Of a DNA stretch of 64,000 nucleotides, positions 38,401 through 46,634 are shown one piece after another; the first letter of the stretch is position 1; each line of letters starts with the position of its first letter. The notes below the pieces were generated by a model. It was given only the letters and a program-made list of their open reading frames with translations. It made no database searches and was not told where the DNA came from. This DNA is from Eubacteriales bacterium (lineage in GTDB: Bacteria; Bacillota; Clostridia; Oscillospirales; CAG-272), in NCBI GenBank assembly GCA_045635885.1, contig JAZTWO010000053.1:31-64030 (forward strand). The letters are read 5' to 3'. The translations under genes and the position numbers were made by a program.

Positions 38401-38907
38401 AATGCTACTTGTGTAACTCCTAAAACATGCACAGTTTGTGGTGCAACCGAAGGTGAAGCACTTGGTCATACGTGGACACAAGCTACATGCACTAGCGCAA
38501 AGATATGTATTGTTTGCGGAACAACTGACGGCACACACATGGGACACACTTGGAGCAGTGGCATTGTTACAAAAGAACCTACTGCTGAAGAATTTGGAAT
38601 TAAACTTTACACATGTATCGTATGTGGAGAAGAAAAAACCGAAAGTATTCCAATGCTTACAGAAGTCTCTGGAGACATTGATGGTGATAAACAGATCACA
38701 TATTCTGACGCCGTATATCTTTTGATGTATTCTTACTTCCCGGATGACTATCCTGTTAGTCAAGAGTGTGATATTAACGGTGATGGAGAAATCAATTATT
38801 CTGACGCCGTACATCTTTTGATGTACACCTTTTTCCCAGAGGAATATCCTTTGAAAAACGAAACAGAATATGCAATTTTGCCACAAAAGAAAAGAGAGGA
38901 CGAATAA
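35428..38907 (+). CDS. scaffoldin-like protein: three cohesin-like modules, Cys-rich repeat array, C-terminal dockerin
   Basis: 1159 aa with a signal peptide. Cohesin-like modules are marked by LGALEFFVFYDTDVFEL, ASGDFEIEYDKNILEL and LAAIDFEIYFDSKKIS. About 10 repeats of 27 aa follow (LGHxWxxATCTxxKTCxVCGxTEG). Confidence 0.85.
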   Translation: MKIKIHLLAILLTLILIFGSLSAFAEGDSQIPTIYSYDQEVTAGNYITLYVYLSDVESLGALEFFVFYDTDVFELNYCYKTNLANNQQTSINTDTDGVISFNMISANGVSGSGSIFYFSLYVKRDTVAGSYGITYAVGDAYNTSLEPITISATSPKINVKSPTVQQQQIYFYSSGYYYDTRYLGDTITMSFAANDAYGFASGDFEIEYDKNILELQDASLGSQLTYNQNAIYSINTELAGYVKISYASTQGITGYTNPIISLTFKVIADIDATTEVKFVASNLYDQELNAIIGGTVSQNLYIGKQVVSEELPKITVSGYDGTDENFEVSIIAPGSSNLAAIDFEIYFDSKKISCSSAECELENGFVVHKIDNENGKITFSFISENGITEDSELIKLSFTREGLSGGTSTLYVYGKNAVNADFESINFSYEYSTLACHVLGDEANCTTAQICTICHKQFVEPLGHDVISHEGKNSTCIEEGWQEYVTCSRCDYTTYQSIACIPHTSTYYEGKEATCLEIGWLAYEICSVCDYSSYQEIAALGHRIWGYDSVSQNALTYTNDSMYPFNYENGYYYSTNKYDSTDSYFYITANNDCTVTIEYNVSSEQSWDILYIKYNGMIYVNASGSVCSSITFELTAGDVITINYHKDGSVSNGSDVGWFKCTISNSYIPLPAENFDPTCTDAVVCDFCSATVKEALGHDETSHEAQDATCTENGWEAYVTCSRCDYTTYSEISALGHTFTDATCTSAKTCSVCGATEGEALGHTWTQATCTSAKTCIVCGVIEGSSLGHTWTQATCTTAKTCTACGVTEGEALGHAWANATCITPQTCTVCGVTEGTPLGHTWVEADISSPKTCSVCGVTEGSTLEHIWADATCTTAKICLICGTTEGAALGHDFANYISNNNATCTEDGTKTSTCTRCSVTNTITDENSKLGHDMSFTTCTEASKCQRDGCNHTEGTAFGHDMLPATCTSAKTCWVCGVTEGNATGHNWINATCVTPKTCTVCGATEGEALGHTWTQATCTSAKICIVCGTTDGTHMGHTWSSGIVTKEPTAEEFGIKLYTCIVCGEEKTESIPMLTEVSGDIDGDKQITYSDAVYLLMYSYFPDDYPVSQECDINGDGEINYSDAVHLLMYTFFPEEYPLKNETEYAILPQKKREDE
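35506..36720 (+). other. three tandem cohesin-like modules (approximate bounds)
   Basis: Each module is about 130 aa. Each has the pattern (G/A)xxxFx(I/V)xYDxxxLxL and a later xIxxLxFKV-type strand. Confidence 0.6.
37681..37767 (+). repeat. 87-bp intragenic repeat, copy A
   Basis: Differs from copy B (38434-38520) at only 2 positions: a/t at 37701 vs 38454, and c/t at 37751 vs 38504. Confidence 0.9.
38434..38520 (+). repeat. 87-bp intragenic repeat, copy B
   Basis: gtttgtggtgcaaccgaaggtgaagcacttggtcatacgtggacacaagctacatgcactagcgcaaagatatgtattgtttgcgga. Confidence 0.9.
38671..38850 (+). other. dockerin module of the scaffoldin-like protein (sequence class distinct from the protease dockerin)
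   Basis: GDIDGDKQITYSDAVYLLMYSYFPDDYP ... DINGDGEINYSDAVHLLMYTFFPEEYP. Confidence 0.8.
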
Positions 38908-40212
38908 ATGAAAAGGAAGTTTTTATTAATAACAATCTTGCTTGTGCTTGTCTTGTTGCCATTAACTGCGAAGGCTGCAGGGATATCCGCAAATATGGAT
39001 AATGAATCCTGCGCTAAAGGAAGCACGGTAACATTGAGCGTTTCACTTTCCGAGTCTATAGATGTGGCATCGGGAGCGATTGAAGTTATGTATGATAAAA
39101 CAAAACTTCAACTTGTAGAAGGCGTTTGGAATGTTCCTGGATCACTTATAACCAATTTTGATATTGCTAAAGAAAAAGGAGCATTTGCTTTTTCTTCAAC
39201 ATCAACAGTTGGTGGAAATATATTTTATTTAACATTCAAAGTGCTTTCTGGCGCATCATTAGGTGATACAGAAGTAAAATGTACAATACAACTTAGAGAT
39301 GCTGCAAATAACAATGTATTTGTTGATGATGTAAAGGCACAAATCATAGTTACTTGTGAACATAACTTTAGTAGCAAAACAAATAACTATCTTGCGGAAA
39401 ATGCAACTTGTACTTCAGCCGCAACATATTATTATTCTTGTTCAATTTGTGGAATCAAGGGAGAAACAACTTATACAGTTGGAGAACCTAAAGAACACAA
39501 ATATAATAGAATGGTTACTTCGGCAGAATATCTTGTAACTAATGTTAAATGTGTGGATTCTGCAGAGTATTACTATAGTTGCGCATGTGGAGCAAGAGGA
39601 TTTGAAAAGTTCAAAGGTGATGCTTCGTGGACTCATAATTACAATAATGCATGGTACATTGATGAATATGGACATTGGAATGCTTGTGTAGATTGTGGTG
39701 CAAAAAAGAATTATGCAACTCATGATGCAACAAACAATGTTTGTAATACATGTTTCTTTGTTATTGAAAGTGAAGGAGAACATATACACAATTTTAGTAT
39801 TATGTTAAAAACTGACGAAGTGGGACACTGGTATGAATGTTATTGTGGGGAAAAGAAAGATTACGCTCCTCATAATTATGGTAATGCCACAACAATAAAG
39901 CAACCCACCGAATCTGAAAAAGGTGAAGAAATCGTTGTTTGCGAAATTTGTTATCACGCAACTATAAGGGAAGTTCCAATGATTATTGTGAATAACTCCG
40001 AAGAGCCAAAATCCAATATCGCTTTGGTAGTGATTGTAACTATTTGTTGCGTTTTAGGTGTAGAAGCAATAATCTATATCTTGTATAAAAATTTCAAAAA
40101 GAAGCCGGTGGAAATTGTAGAGCGATCAAATCCCATTGAAGCTATTATTGAACCCGAAGTGCAAGAAAACACCGAAGTCGTTGAAGAAAACAACGAGAAA
40201 ATAAATAATTAA
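38908..40212 (+). CDS. membrane-anchored cohesin-like protein with Cys-rich modules
   Basis: 434 aa. The ATG directly follows the upstream TAA. It has a signal peptide and a cohesin-like module (ASGAIEVMYDKTKLQLVEG, IFYLTFKVL). HxxxxxxxCxxxxxYYYSCxCG modules follow. The C-terminal TM helix is IALVVIVTICCVLGVEAIIYILY, followed by an acidic tail. Confidence 0.85.
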   Translation: MKRKFLLITILLVLVLLPLTAKAAGISANMDNESCAKGSTVTLSVSLSESIDVASGAIEVMYDKTKLQLVEGVWNVPGSLITNFDIAKEKGAFAFSSTSTVGGNIFYLTFKVLSGASLGDTEVKCTIQLRDAANNNVFVDDVKAQIIVTCEHNFSSKTNNYLAENATCTSAATYYYSCSICGIKGETTYTVGEPKEHKYNRMVTSAEYLVTNVKCVDSAEYYYSCACGARGFEKFKGDASWTHNYNNAWYIDEYGHWNACVDCGAKKNYATHDATNNVCNTCFFVIESEGEHIHNFSIMLKTDEVGHWYECYCGEKKDYAPHNYGNATTIKQPTESEKGEEIVVCEICYHATIREVPMIIVNNSEEPKSNIALVVIVTICCVLGVEAIIYILYKNFKKKPVEIVERSNPIEAIIEPEVQENTEVVEENNEKINN

Positions 40213-40258
40213 AAAAAGCTTCCAAGGTTGCTAAAGCAACCTTGGAAGCTTTTTGTTT
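40211..40258. terminator. bidirectional terminator
   Basis: aaagcttccaaggttgc-taaa-gcaaccttggaagcttt forms a 17-bp stem flanked by an A-run and a T-run. Confidence 0.85.
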
Positions 40259-40269
40259 CTAAAATATTA

Positions 40270-41484
40270 TCAATTTTCAATAATAAATTCCTTTGTGATT
40301 TTATTAAATGAAAGATAGAACATGGGGATAAGTGAGATTGCGCTGCCCACAGCAAATACGAGGTAAAGTGGGAAAATGTCGCCAAGCACACCGTAAACAA
40401 CTGCTGACAATGCGCTTCCACCAACTGATGCCGACGAGATGAAGCCCATAATCGAGCCCCTGTTTTTCTCGGGAAGAGCAAGCATAAGTGAGGCGTTGAA
40501 AATGGCATTTCCTGCGGCATTTGCAAATCCACCCAAAAATGCCATTATGCACATAGGGATAAATCTAACCGACATAAATGCAAGTATCATAAATATGCCC
40601 GAAAGCGAAAAGCCAATAGCCAACGTCCAAAATCTTGCTTTGGGATTCAATTTCAATACACCTAAAAGTATCATACAAATCAGGTGTGAAACACTCCACA
40701 TAAAAAGCAAAATGCCATATTTTTCAACAGAAAATCCCTTTTCTATAACAAAAGGCAATATCAATGAAAACGGTCCTGACGCAAGGAAATTGATGATGAT
40801 CAAGCAGGGGATAAAGAGCTTCAAATGAACGTCAGAAAAGATGGTTTTTATAGCAGATTTAGTATCGTTTAAAACACCCTTAATCGTTACTGCCTCACCC
40901 TGTTGTGCGCTTTTTGGAATGGATATGAACAATTCTGAAATAGCGGCATAAAGATTGCTAAGACCGTTAATTACAATAATAAGCGGAACACTGAAAAATG
41001 CAACCATAGCACCACTAAATGCCGTTCCCACCATGTTGATACTGGAGCACACACCTGAGAAAAGCGATTGACCACGCACCATATCGTTGCGGGGGATAAT
41101 ATCAACAAGCGAGGTGTTTGCTGCAGGCGAATAGAATACACCGCCAAGAGCCGCAAGGAATGCCGCCACAAGAACACCGATAATGCTTAATTTGTCCATA
41201 AAAGCAAAAATACCAACCGTAAGCATTATTATGCTTTGAAAAAGGTCGCCAATAACAAGTACCCATTTTCTGTTACATTTATCTATTACACTTCCGGCAA
41301 AAGGGGAAAGGAACATTGTCACAAACATTGAAATTGAGGACATAATTCCCATCAATGCGCTTGAACCGGTTTGCTCATATACCCAATAACCAATTGCAAC
41401 GCTATACATCAAGTCGCCAATCAAACTGACTGCGCTGCTTTGCAAGAGCAAAATATAATTTTTATTCCATAATTTTTCAGCCAT
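40270..41484 (-). CDS. MFS transporter
   Basis: 404 aa, about 12 TM helices, with an N-terminal region typical of MFS_3/efflux-type carriers. Confidence 0.85.
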   Translation of the reverse strand: MAEKLWNKNYILLLQSSAVSLIGDLMYSVAIGYWVYEQTGSSALMGIMSSISMFVTMFLSPFAGSVIDKCNRKWVLVIGDLFQSIIMLTVGIFAFMDKLSIIGVLVAAFLAALGGVFYSPAANTSLVDIIPRNDMVRGQSLFSGVCSSINMVGTAFSGAMVAFFSVPLIIVINGLSNLYAAISELFISIPKSAQQGEAVTIKGVLNDTKSAIKTIFSDVHLKLFIPCLIIINFLASGPFSLILPFVIEKGFSVEKYGILLFMWSVSHLICMILLGVLKLNPKARFWTLAIGFSLSGIFMILAFMSVRFIPMCIMAFLGGFANAAGNAIFNASLMLALPEKNRGSIMGFISSASVGGSALSAVVYGVLGDIFPLYLVFAVGSAISLIPMFYLSFNKITKEFIIEN

Positions 41485-41640
41485 AAAATCCTCCGTGTGT
41501 TTTATAAGATTGTATCAAAATCAAAACAAAATTACCATACATTTTGGGTTTCAATCTTGCAAAACACTGCAACTATTGGTTGCTTTTATCATTATAGCAC
41601 ACATTTTTTACCATTTCAATAGTCAAGTATGAAATAATTG

Positions 41641-41669
41641 TTGTCAAATGTCAATTTGTATGGTATAAT
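41641..41669 (+). promoter_or_regulatory. sigma-A promoter (extended -10)
   Basis: TTGTCA (41641-41646), a 17-nt spacer ending in TGg, then TATAAT (41664-41669). Confidence 0.55.
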
Positions 41670-41699
41670 AAACATATTATTTTTGAAAGGATAGCGCTA

Positions 41700-42971
41700 A
41701 TGGATTTTAAAATTGACTATAAAGAATGCACATATGAAGAATTTGTTGCGTTAGAGCCCATAAAGCACCTCCCACCAAAATCTCCAAATCGCTTGTTGAG
41801 ATCGCTTGCGTGGGGTTTATCCGTGCCCGAACTTAAAAAAACGCATTTCAAGTATAAAAAAATAGGTATGGAGCGACTTGGCAAAAATGAACCTGCACTG
41901 ATTTTGATGAATCACTCTGCGTTTATTGATTTTCAAATTGCCATGCACGTTTTTCGTTCAAGAAAAATAAATATTGTCACAGGACTTGGCGGTTGCATTT
42001 GCAAAGAAAGAGTTATGCGCCACATTGGTTGTATTCCAACAAGAAAATTCACCACTGATTTTGCATTGGTCAAGGATATGAAATATTGCATCAAGACACT
42101 CAAAACCTCGGTTTTGATGTATCCCGAGGCAGACTATTCATATAGCGGACTTTCTCACACTCTCCCCTCAAGCTTGGGTGGACTTGTTAAATTGCTTGGT
42201 GCACCGCTTGTTGTAATAGAAACGTTTGGTGCATTCATCAACGATCCGATTTATCGCAAATTAAAGCCAAGAAACACGCCCGTTAGTGCAGAGGTGCGTT
42301 ACGTTCTCTCTCCCGAGGAAATCAAGCAAATGAGCGCCGAAGAAATTGATGCGATAATCAAAAAAGAGTTCACGTTTGACGGTTTTCGTTGGCAACAGGA
42401 AAACAAATTGGTAATTGACGATCCAAACAGAGCAAAGGATTTGGATAAGATTTTATATAAATGCCCACATTGTCAAAGTGAAGGATATATGAAGGGGGCA
42501 GGCACTAAATTAACCTGCCACAAATGTGGAAAAGAATGGGAACTTACCGAGCTTGGCTTTATGAAAGCTATATCTGGCGAAACTGAATTTGACCACATTC
42601 CAAATTGGTTTGAGTGGCAACGACAATGTGTTCGCCAAGAGGTTCTTGATGGCAAATTCCTTATCGAAACGCCTGTAAATCTTTATGGCATTGTCAATAC
42701 AAAGGCAATGTATATTCTCGGCAAGGGAAATGTTACATACGATAAAAACGGAATTCGACTTGTCGCCTATGACGGCAAGATTGATTTTTACAAATCCTCA
42801 ATTTCAATGTATGCAATTGGGGCAGACCTTCAGTGGCCCATTATTGGGGACGGTATGTGCTTTGGTGACAACAAGGTTACATATTTCGCTTCACCCGTGG
42901 ATGCTTCTCATCTTGTGGTTAAGGCACGTTTGGCTTCAGAGGAAATATATAAAATACTAAAAAAGCAATAA
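41700..42971 (+). CDS. lysophospholipid (PlsC-type) acyltransferase family protein with internal zinc-ribbon
   Basis: 423 aa. The HX4D motif occurs in LILMNHSAFID. The motif CPHCQS...CHKCG forms a CxxC-x17-CxxC zinc ribbon. Confidence 0.75.
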   Translation: MDFKIDYKECTYEEFVALEPIKHLPPKSPNRLLRSLAWGLSVPELKKTHFKYKKIGMERLGKNEPALILMNHSAFIDFQIAMHVFRSRKINIVTGLGGCICKERVMRHIGCIPTRKFTTDFALVKDMKYCIKTLKTSVLMYPEADYSYSGLSHTLPSSLGGLVKLLGAPLVVIETFGAFINDPIYRKLKPRNTPVSAEVRYVLSPEEIKQMSAEEIDAIIKKEFTFDGFRWQQENKLVIDDPNRAKDLDKILYKCPHCQSEGYMKGAGTKLTCHKCGKEWELTELGFMKAISGETEFDHIPNWFEWQRQCVRQEVLDGKFLIETPVNLYGIVNTKAMYILGKGNVTYDKNGIRLVAYDGKIDFYKSSISMYAIGADLQWPIIGDGMCFGDNKVTYFASPVDASHLVVKARLASEEIYKILKKQ

Positions 42972-43007
42972 AAAAATCAGGACGTTAACGTCCTGATTTT
43001 TGTTTTT
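42971..43007. terminator. bidirectional terminator
   Basis: atcaggacg-ttaa-cgtcctgat flanked by an A-run and a T-run. Confidence 0.8.
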
Positions 43008-44433
43008 AAACGTCGCTTTCGCGTTTGGGTTCAATTTTGTAATAGTCAAGCAAGGGTATCATAATAAGTGCAGTAAGCCCTGCGGTGAAACCACCGTTGT
43101 AAAGAACGAAGCCACCGTGCATACTTGATGTAACGGTGCAGATGGTTGCGCTTAACATACCTGCAATTATTCCGTATTTAGAACCGTATTTTCCGGTAAT
43201 AGGGCAAAGACCTGTGGCGAATGCAAGACCGTTGATGTAAGCTTGCGTTGAAAGTGTCCAGGGAACAGAAATTCCTGCGGCAAGACAAATCAAAACCACA
43301 ATAGTTTGAAGACTAATATATCCAAGAACAATGGGAGCAACGTTTCTGGGATGTTGACCGTCAGAAGCAAAGGTTAAAGCACCCAAAACTGCACCAACGG
43401 CAGGACCTGTAAATCCAACGCCTTCGGGAAGGAAGGGGAAGATTTCGGGCAAAACGAATGCAAAATTAAGATATAGCACAAACGCCAAACCGTATATTGC
43501 GATATTAATAAAGCACAGGGGCATTCCGAATTTATCAACGAAGTCAGTACCGTAACCGGTGCATTTTAGCAATTTGCGATAATCAGAAATTTTTCCACGA
43601 CGCATATATAAACCAATTATAAACGTCAGACTAAAGAAAATTAAATAAAAAACGTTCATAAATCCACGGTATGCATAGGGCATGGAATAATACTCGGGAT
43701 TATTGATAACAAGTGCAGGCGGTGTTGGTATGCCGAGTGTATTGTACATAAAGGCATAGATGAATATGCCCATTATACCAACGGCAAGCCCCGCTTTAAA
43801 AAGATTGTATTCTCTGTGCATTTCGGTTGTGCCGGGCAACAGGGGTAAAACAACAAATCCAATGGCAATTCCGCACACAATGGCAATCATCACGCCAATA
43901 AAGGTGATTTGAGAGCTTTCGGGATTGGATTTTCCAATTGGGTATCTAAATAAAAATTCACTAACAAACGGTCCAAGTGCGGTGGCAAAAAATGCGATAT
44001 GTATGTTTTCTGCAATTTTTTTCTTCATAATAACGCAGAAAAGAATAACCCCGATAAATGGCGGCCACATATTGATGAAATTAAGACCGTAAAATGCGTG
44101 TGCAATAACAAGCATATATCCAGCCAAGGTTTTGGCATTGGCATGCACACCACTAACAAAAATTATTGCAGTTGCCAACAAACCGCAAATGCTAACATTA
44201 AGCAAGGTGCTGCCAAGACCACCAAGGGCAAAGTAATCCACACCTGATTTTGCAGGGGATGTGAGTATTGTTTTAAGGTTGTCAAAAATATCCCATTCCT
44301 TTGCATAAATCACGGCAATCGGAACTGATGCAAGAAAGAATAAACTGACAAATAGGGAGTATAAGCGTATGATACGTTCGTTGAACGTGTATGTTTTTCT
44401 TGCCTCAAGGGCACAAGCGGACGTGTAATTCAT
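43006..44433 (-). CDS. polytopic membrane protein (possibly DUF1576 family)
   Basis: 475 aa with about 11-12 hydrophobic helices. The family guess is from memory of similar clostridial proteins and is not verified. Confidence 0.7.
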   Translation of the reverse strand: MNYTSACALEARKTYTFNERIIRLYSLFVSLFFLASVPIAVIYAKEWDIFDNLKTILTSPAKSGVDYFALGGLGSTLLNVSICGLLATAIIFVSGVHANAKTLAGYMLVIAHAFYGLNFINMWPPFIGVILFCVIMKKKIAENIHIAFFATALGPFVSEFLFRYPIGKSNPESSQITFIGVMIAIVCGIAIGFVVLPLLPGTTEMHREYNLFKAGLAVGIMGIFIYAFMYNTLGIPTPPALVINNPEYYSMPYAYRGFMNVFYLIFFSLTFIIGLYMRRGKISDYRKLLKCTGYGTDFVDKFGMPLCFINIAIYGLAFVLYLNFAFVLPEIFPFLPEGVGFTGPAVGAVLGALTFASDGQHPRNVAPIVLGYISLQTIVVLICLAAGISVPWTLSTQAYINGLAFATGLCPITGKYGSKYGIIAGMLSATICTVTSSMHGGFVLYNGGFTAGLTALIMIPLLDYYKIEPKRESDV

Positions 44434-44550
44434 ATGTTCTCCTGATTATATAAAAGTTCGGTGAATTTAATTAATTTTACCATATTTTTCGACACAAGTC
44501 AACAAAATTAATCTGATCAGTTGCACAATTAATATGTTGTAGCTGAAAAA

Positions 44551-44597
44551 TAGCTAAAAACAAAATCCACAGTCAATTGAATTTTGACTGTGGATTT
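44551..44597 (-). terminator. terminator downstream of the frdB-like gene
   Basis: aaatccacagtcaa-ttgaatt-ttgactgtggattt, with a T-run on the minus strand. Confidence 0.75.
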
Positions 44598-44603
44598 TAT
44601 TAT

Positions 44604-45278
44604 TTATTTACGGTTCATCTTCATAATTGAAGTGAGTGTTTCAATTCCAACGGGGCAAACGTTTTGGCAGGAGAGGGATTTTGAGCATCCTGCACCAAAA
44701 TGTATTTTGTATTCTTTTATAATGTTAACCGGCTTTTCTTCAGATTGACTTGCAATCAAATAGCTTTCGTTAGCAAAAACCGCACCATAAAAATTTTCAC
44801 CCGTGCGATAGTTGGGGCAAACCTCAAGACAAAGACCACATTTAAGGCATTTAGCCACCGAATACTGATGCTCATAACTCTTTTTGTCACTCACAACACG
44901 GCTTTCAATATATGCTTTTGCTTTGTTCAGGTTATCGTAAATGATGCTTCTGTCTACAATAAGGTCGGCAACCACGTGGAATTTACTCAAGGGTTCAAGC
45001 ACCAAATCCGTTTTTGCCACTTTGTCAACAAATGTATTACAAGCAAGTTCAGGAACACCGTTAATAACCATTGCACAACCGCCGCAAACGGCTTGCAAGC
45101 AGCTGCATTCCCATCTAACTCTTGTTGTGGGATTTCCGTCCACGTCAAAAATATCGTCGGTATAGTTGATAATATCAAGCAAAGCAGAAACGGTTATGTG
45201 TTTGTCGCCGTTATAATAGAAGCTCTGCCAATAGGGAGCAGAAGTTGGACTGCTTTGACGTTTGATTTTAACTATCAT
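44604..45278 (-). CDS. succinate dehydrogenase/fumarate reductase iron-sulfur subunit
   Basis: 224 aa. 2Fe-2S ligands occur in CSCLQAVCGGCAMVINGVPELAC. 4Fe-4S/3Fe-4S ligands occur in CLKCGLCLEVCP and CQNVCPVGI. Confidence 0.85.
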   Translation of the reverse strand: MIVKIKRQSSPTSAPYWQSFYYNGDKHITVSALLDIINYTDDIFDVDGNPTTRVRWECSCLQAVCGGCAMVINGVPELACNTFVDKVAKTDLVLEPLSKFHVVADLIVDRSIIYDNLNKAKAYIESRVVSDKKSYEHQYSVAKCLKCGLCLEVCPNYRTGENFYGAVFANESYLIASQSEEKPVNIIKEYKIHFGAGCSKSLSCQNVCPVGIETLTSIMKMNRK

Positions 45279-45925
45279 AACTCGTCCTCCTTTATATATG
45301 AGATAAAATGCTCTCCGTTTTTGTACTCACAAATTGAGGAAAGTGCAAAGTTTTCATTTCTTTCGGGATAATCGTTTCTGATGTGCGCACCACGAGTTTC
45401 CTTGCGTTCAAGTGCGCTTGTAAGAATTGCACGGGCAAGGAGCAACATAGGACGCAAAGAGTAACCAATGTAAAGGGAAACGTCTGAATCGTACATCAAC
45501 TTGTCGGCAATAGAGAGATAGTAATCCACGCTGTGAATACCCTCAACAAGCTTTTCCTCGGTGCGAGTAATACCAAGGCAATCGTTTAATATTTTGGCGA
45601 TTTCATAACGAACATAAACGGCGGTGAATTGGCTTTTTGATGACAGTTGTTCACTAATTGCGTGTTCCTGTGCAGAAATATATTCGTTAAAATTAGGATG
45701 TCCGCTATTTTCTGCCAAACTTCCAATGGAATTTGCCGCAACCTGTCCGCTATAAATAGCCGCTAATAATGAGTTGCCACCAAGTCTGTTAGCTCCGTGA
45801 TACATAGAAGCGCACTCACCAACGGCATACAAATTGTCAATGGATGTTTTGTGGTCTTTGTTAACCGCCAAACCGCCCATAAAGAAGTGAACGGAGGGAT
45901 AAACAGGAATACTTTTCTTTGTGAC
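45275..45925 (-). pseudogene. C-terminal about 215 codons of a fumarate reductase/succinate dehydrogenase flavoprotein subunit (5' truncated)
   Basis: Homology begins at KKSIPVYPSVHFFMGG (the HxxMGG motif that lies past the midpoint of full-length FrdA/SdhA). It continues through ERKETRGAHIRNDYPER to the stop. The FAD-binding N-terminal half is absent. The upstream part of the 265-aa ORF is read-through into unrelated sequence. Confidence 0.8.
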
Positions 45926-46577
45926 CTTGAGATTAGCATATGAAAATATATTTTCCAGAATGATTGTATGTGGTGATTGTGGCACTATATACGGCCCAGT
46001 TGTATGGCACTCAAACGATAAATATCGTCGTGTTGTTTGGCGATGCGCCAATAAATTTGAAAACGAAGTCAAGTGCGAAACAACACATCTTACCGAAGAA
46101 ATTATGAGGGAAAAATTCGTAGAAATGCTGGGTATCTACTTTGCCGACCGAAAGGGAATTCTAGATTCACTTCGCTATGTGCAAAGAAATCTCACGGATG
46201 CGAGTGCTATTGACGAGGATATTGCCGACACCGAAAGAGAGATGGATATGCTGGCTGAAATGCTGCATCAAACGGTGATGATGAATGCCTCCGCCTCTGT
46301 TAGCGAGGAGGAATACCGCCATCGTTACAATGACCTCACCGAACGTTTCAAAGCCGAAGAAGAGAAACACGCGCAGCTTGTCGCAGAACACAATCGTATG
46401 GAAGAGGAGTCTATTGCCATCGGTGGTATGATGTTTGAACTGACGGAACTTGATGGAATGCCCATAGAATTTGACGAAAAGCTCTGGTTCGCCACCGTCG
46501 ACCACGTCACCGTCTATGGCGATGATACCCTCGTCTATTCCCTCAGAGACGGAACGGAAGTGAAGGTTGAGTTGTGA
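45921..46577 (+). pseudogene. C-terminal about 210 codons of a large serine recombinase (5' truncated)
   Basis: Starts inside the zinc-ribbon region (FSRMIVCGDCG...WRCANKFENEVKCET). A coiled-coil follows, then a DUF4368-like tail (FDEKLWFATVDHVTVYGDD). The resolvase catalytic domain is missing. Confidence 0.8.
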
Positions 46578-46634
46578 TGAAAATGGAAAAGTCCCCGAAT
46601 AGCACCTGGGTACGATGCTGTTCGGGGATGTTGT

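Noticed and set aside
38260-38886. 208-aa minus-strand ORF
   Set aside because: It is antisense to the Cys-rich repeat and dockerin region of the scaffoldin-like gene. Its open frame is a by-product of the repetitive codon content.
40209-40828. Several 82-129 aa ORFs overlapping the MFS transporter gene
   Set aside because: They are alternative-frame or antisense shadows of a 12-TM transporter ORF.
44700-45371. 223-aa plus-strand ORF
   Set aside because: It is antisense to the frdB-like Fe-S subunit gene, whose Cys ligand clusters are clear.
45275-46072. Treating the 265-aa ORF (minus strand) and the 218-aa ORF (plus strand, from 45921) as intact genes
   Set aside because: In each case homology covers only the C-terminal part of a much longer family. 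The apparent N-termini are read-through into the other gene's antisense sequence. Both are therefore called as truncated pseudogenes.
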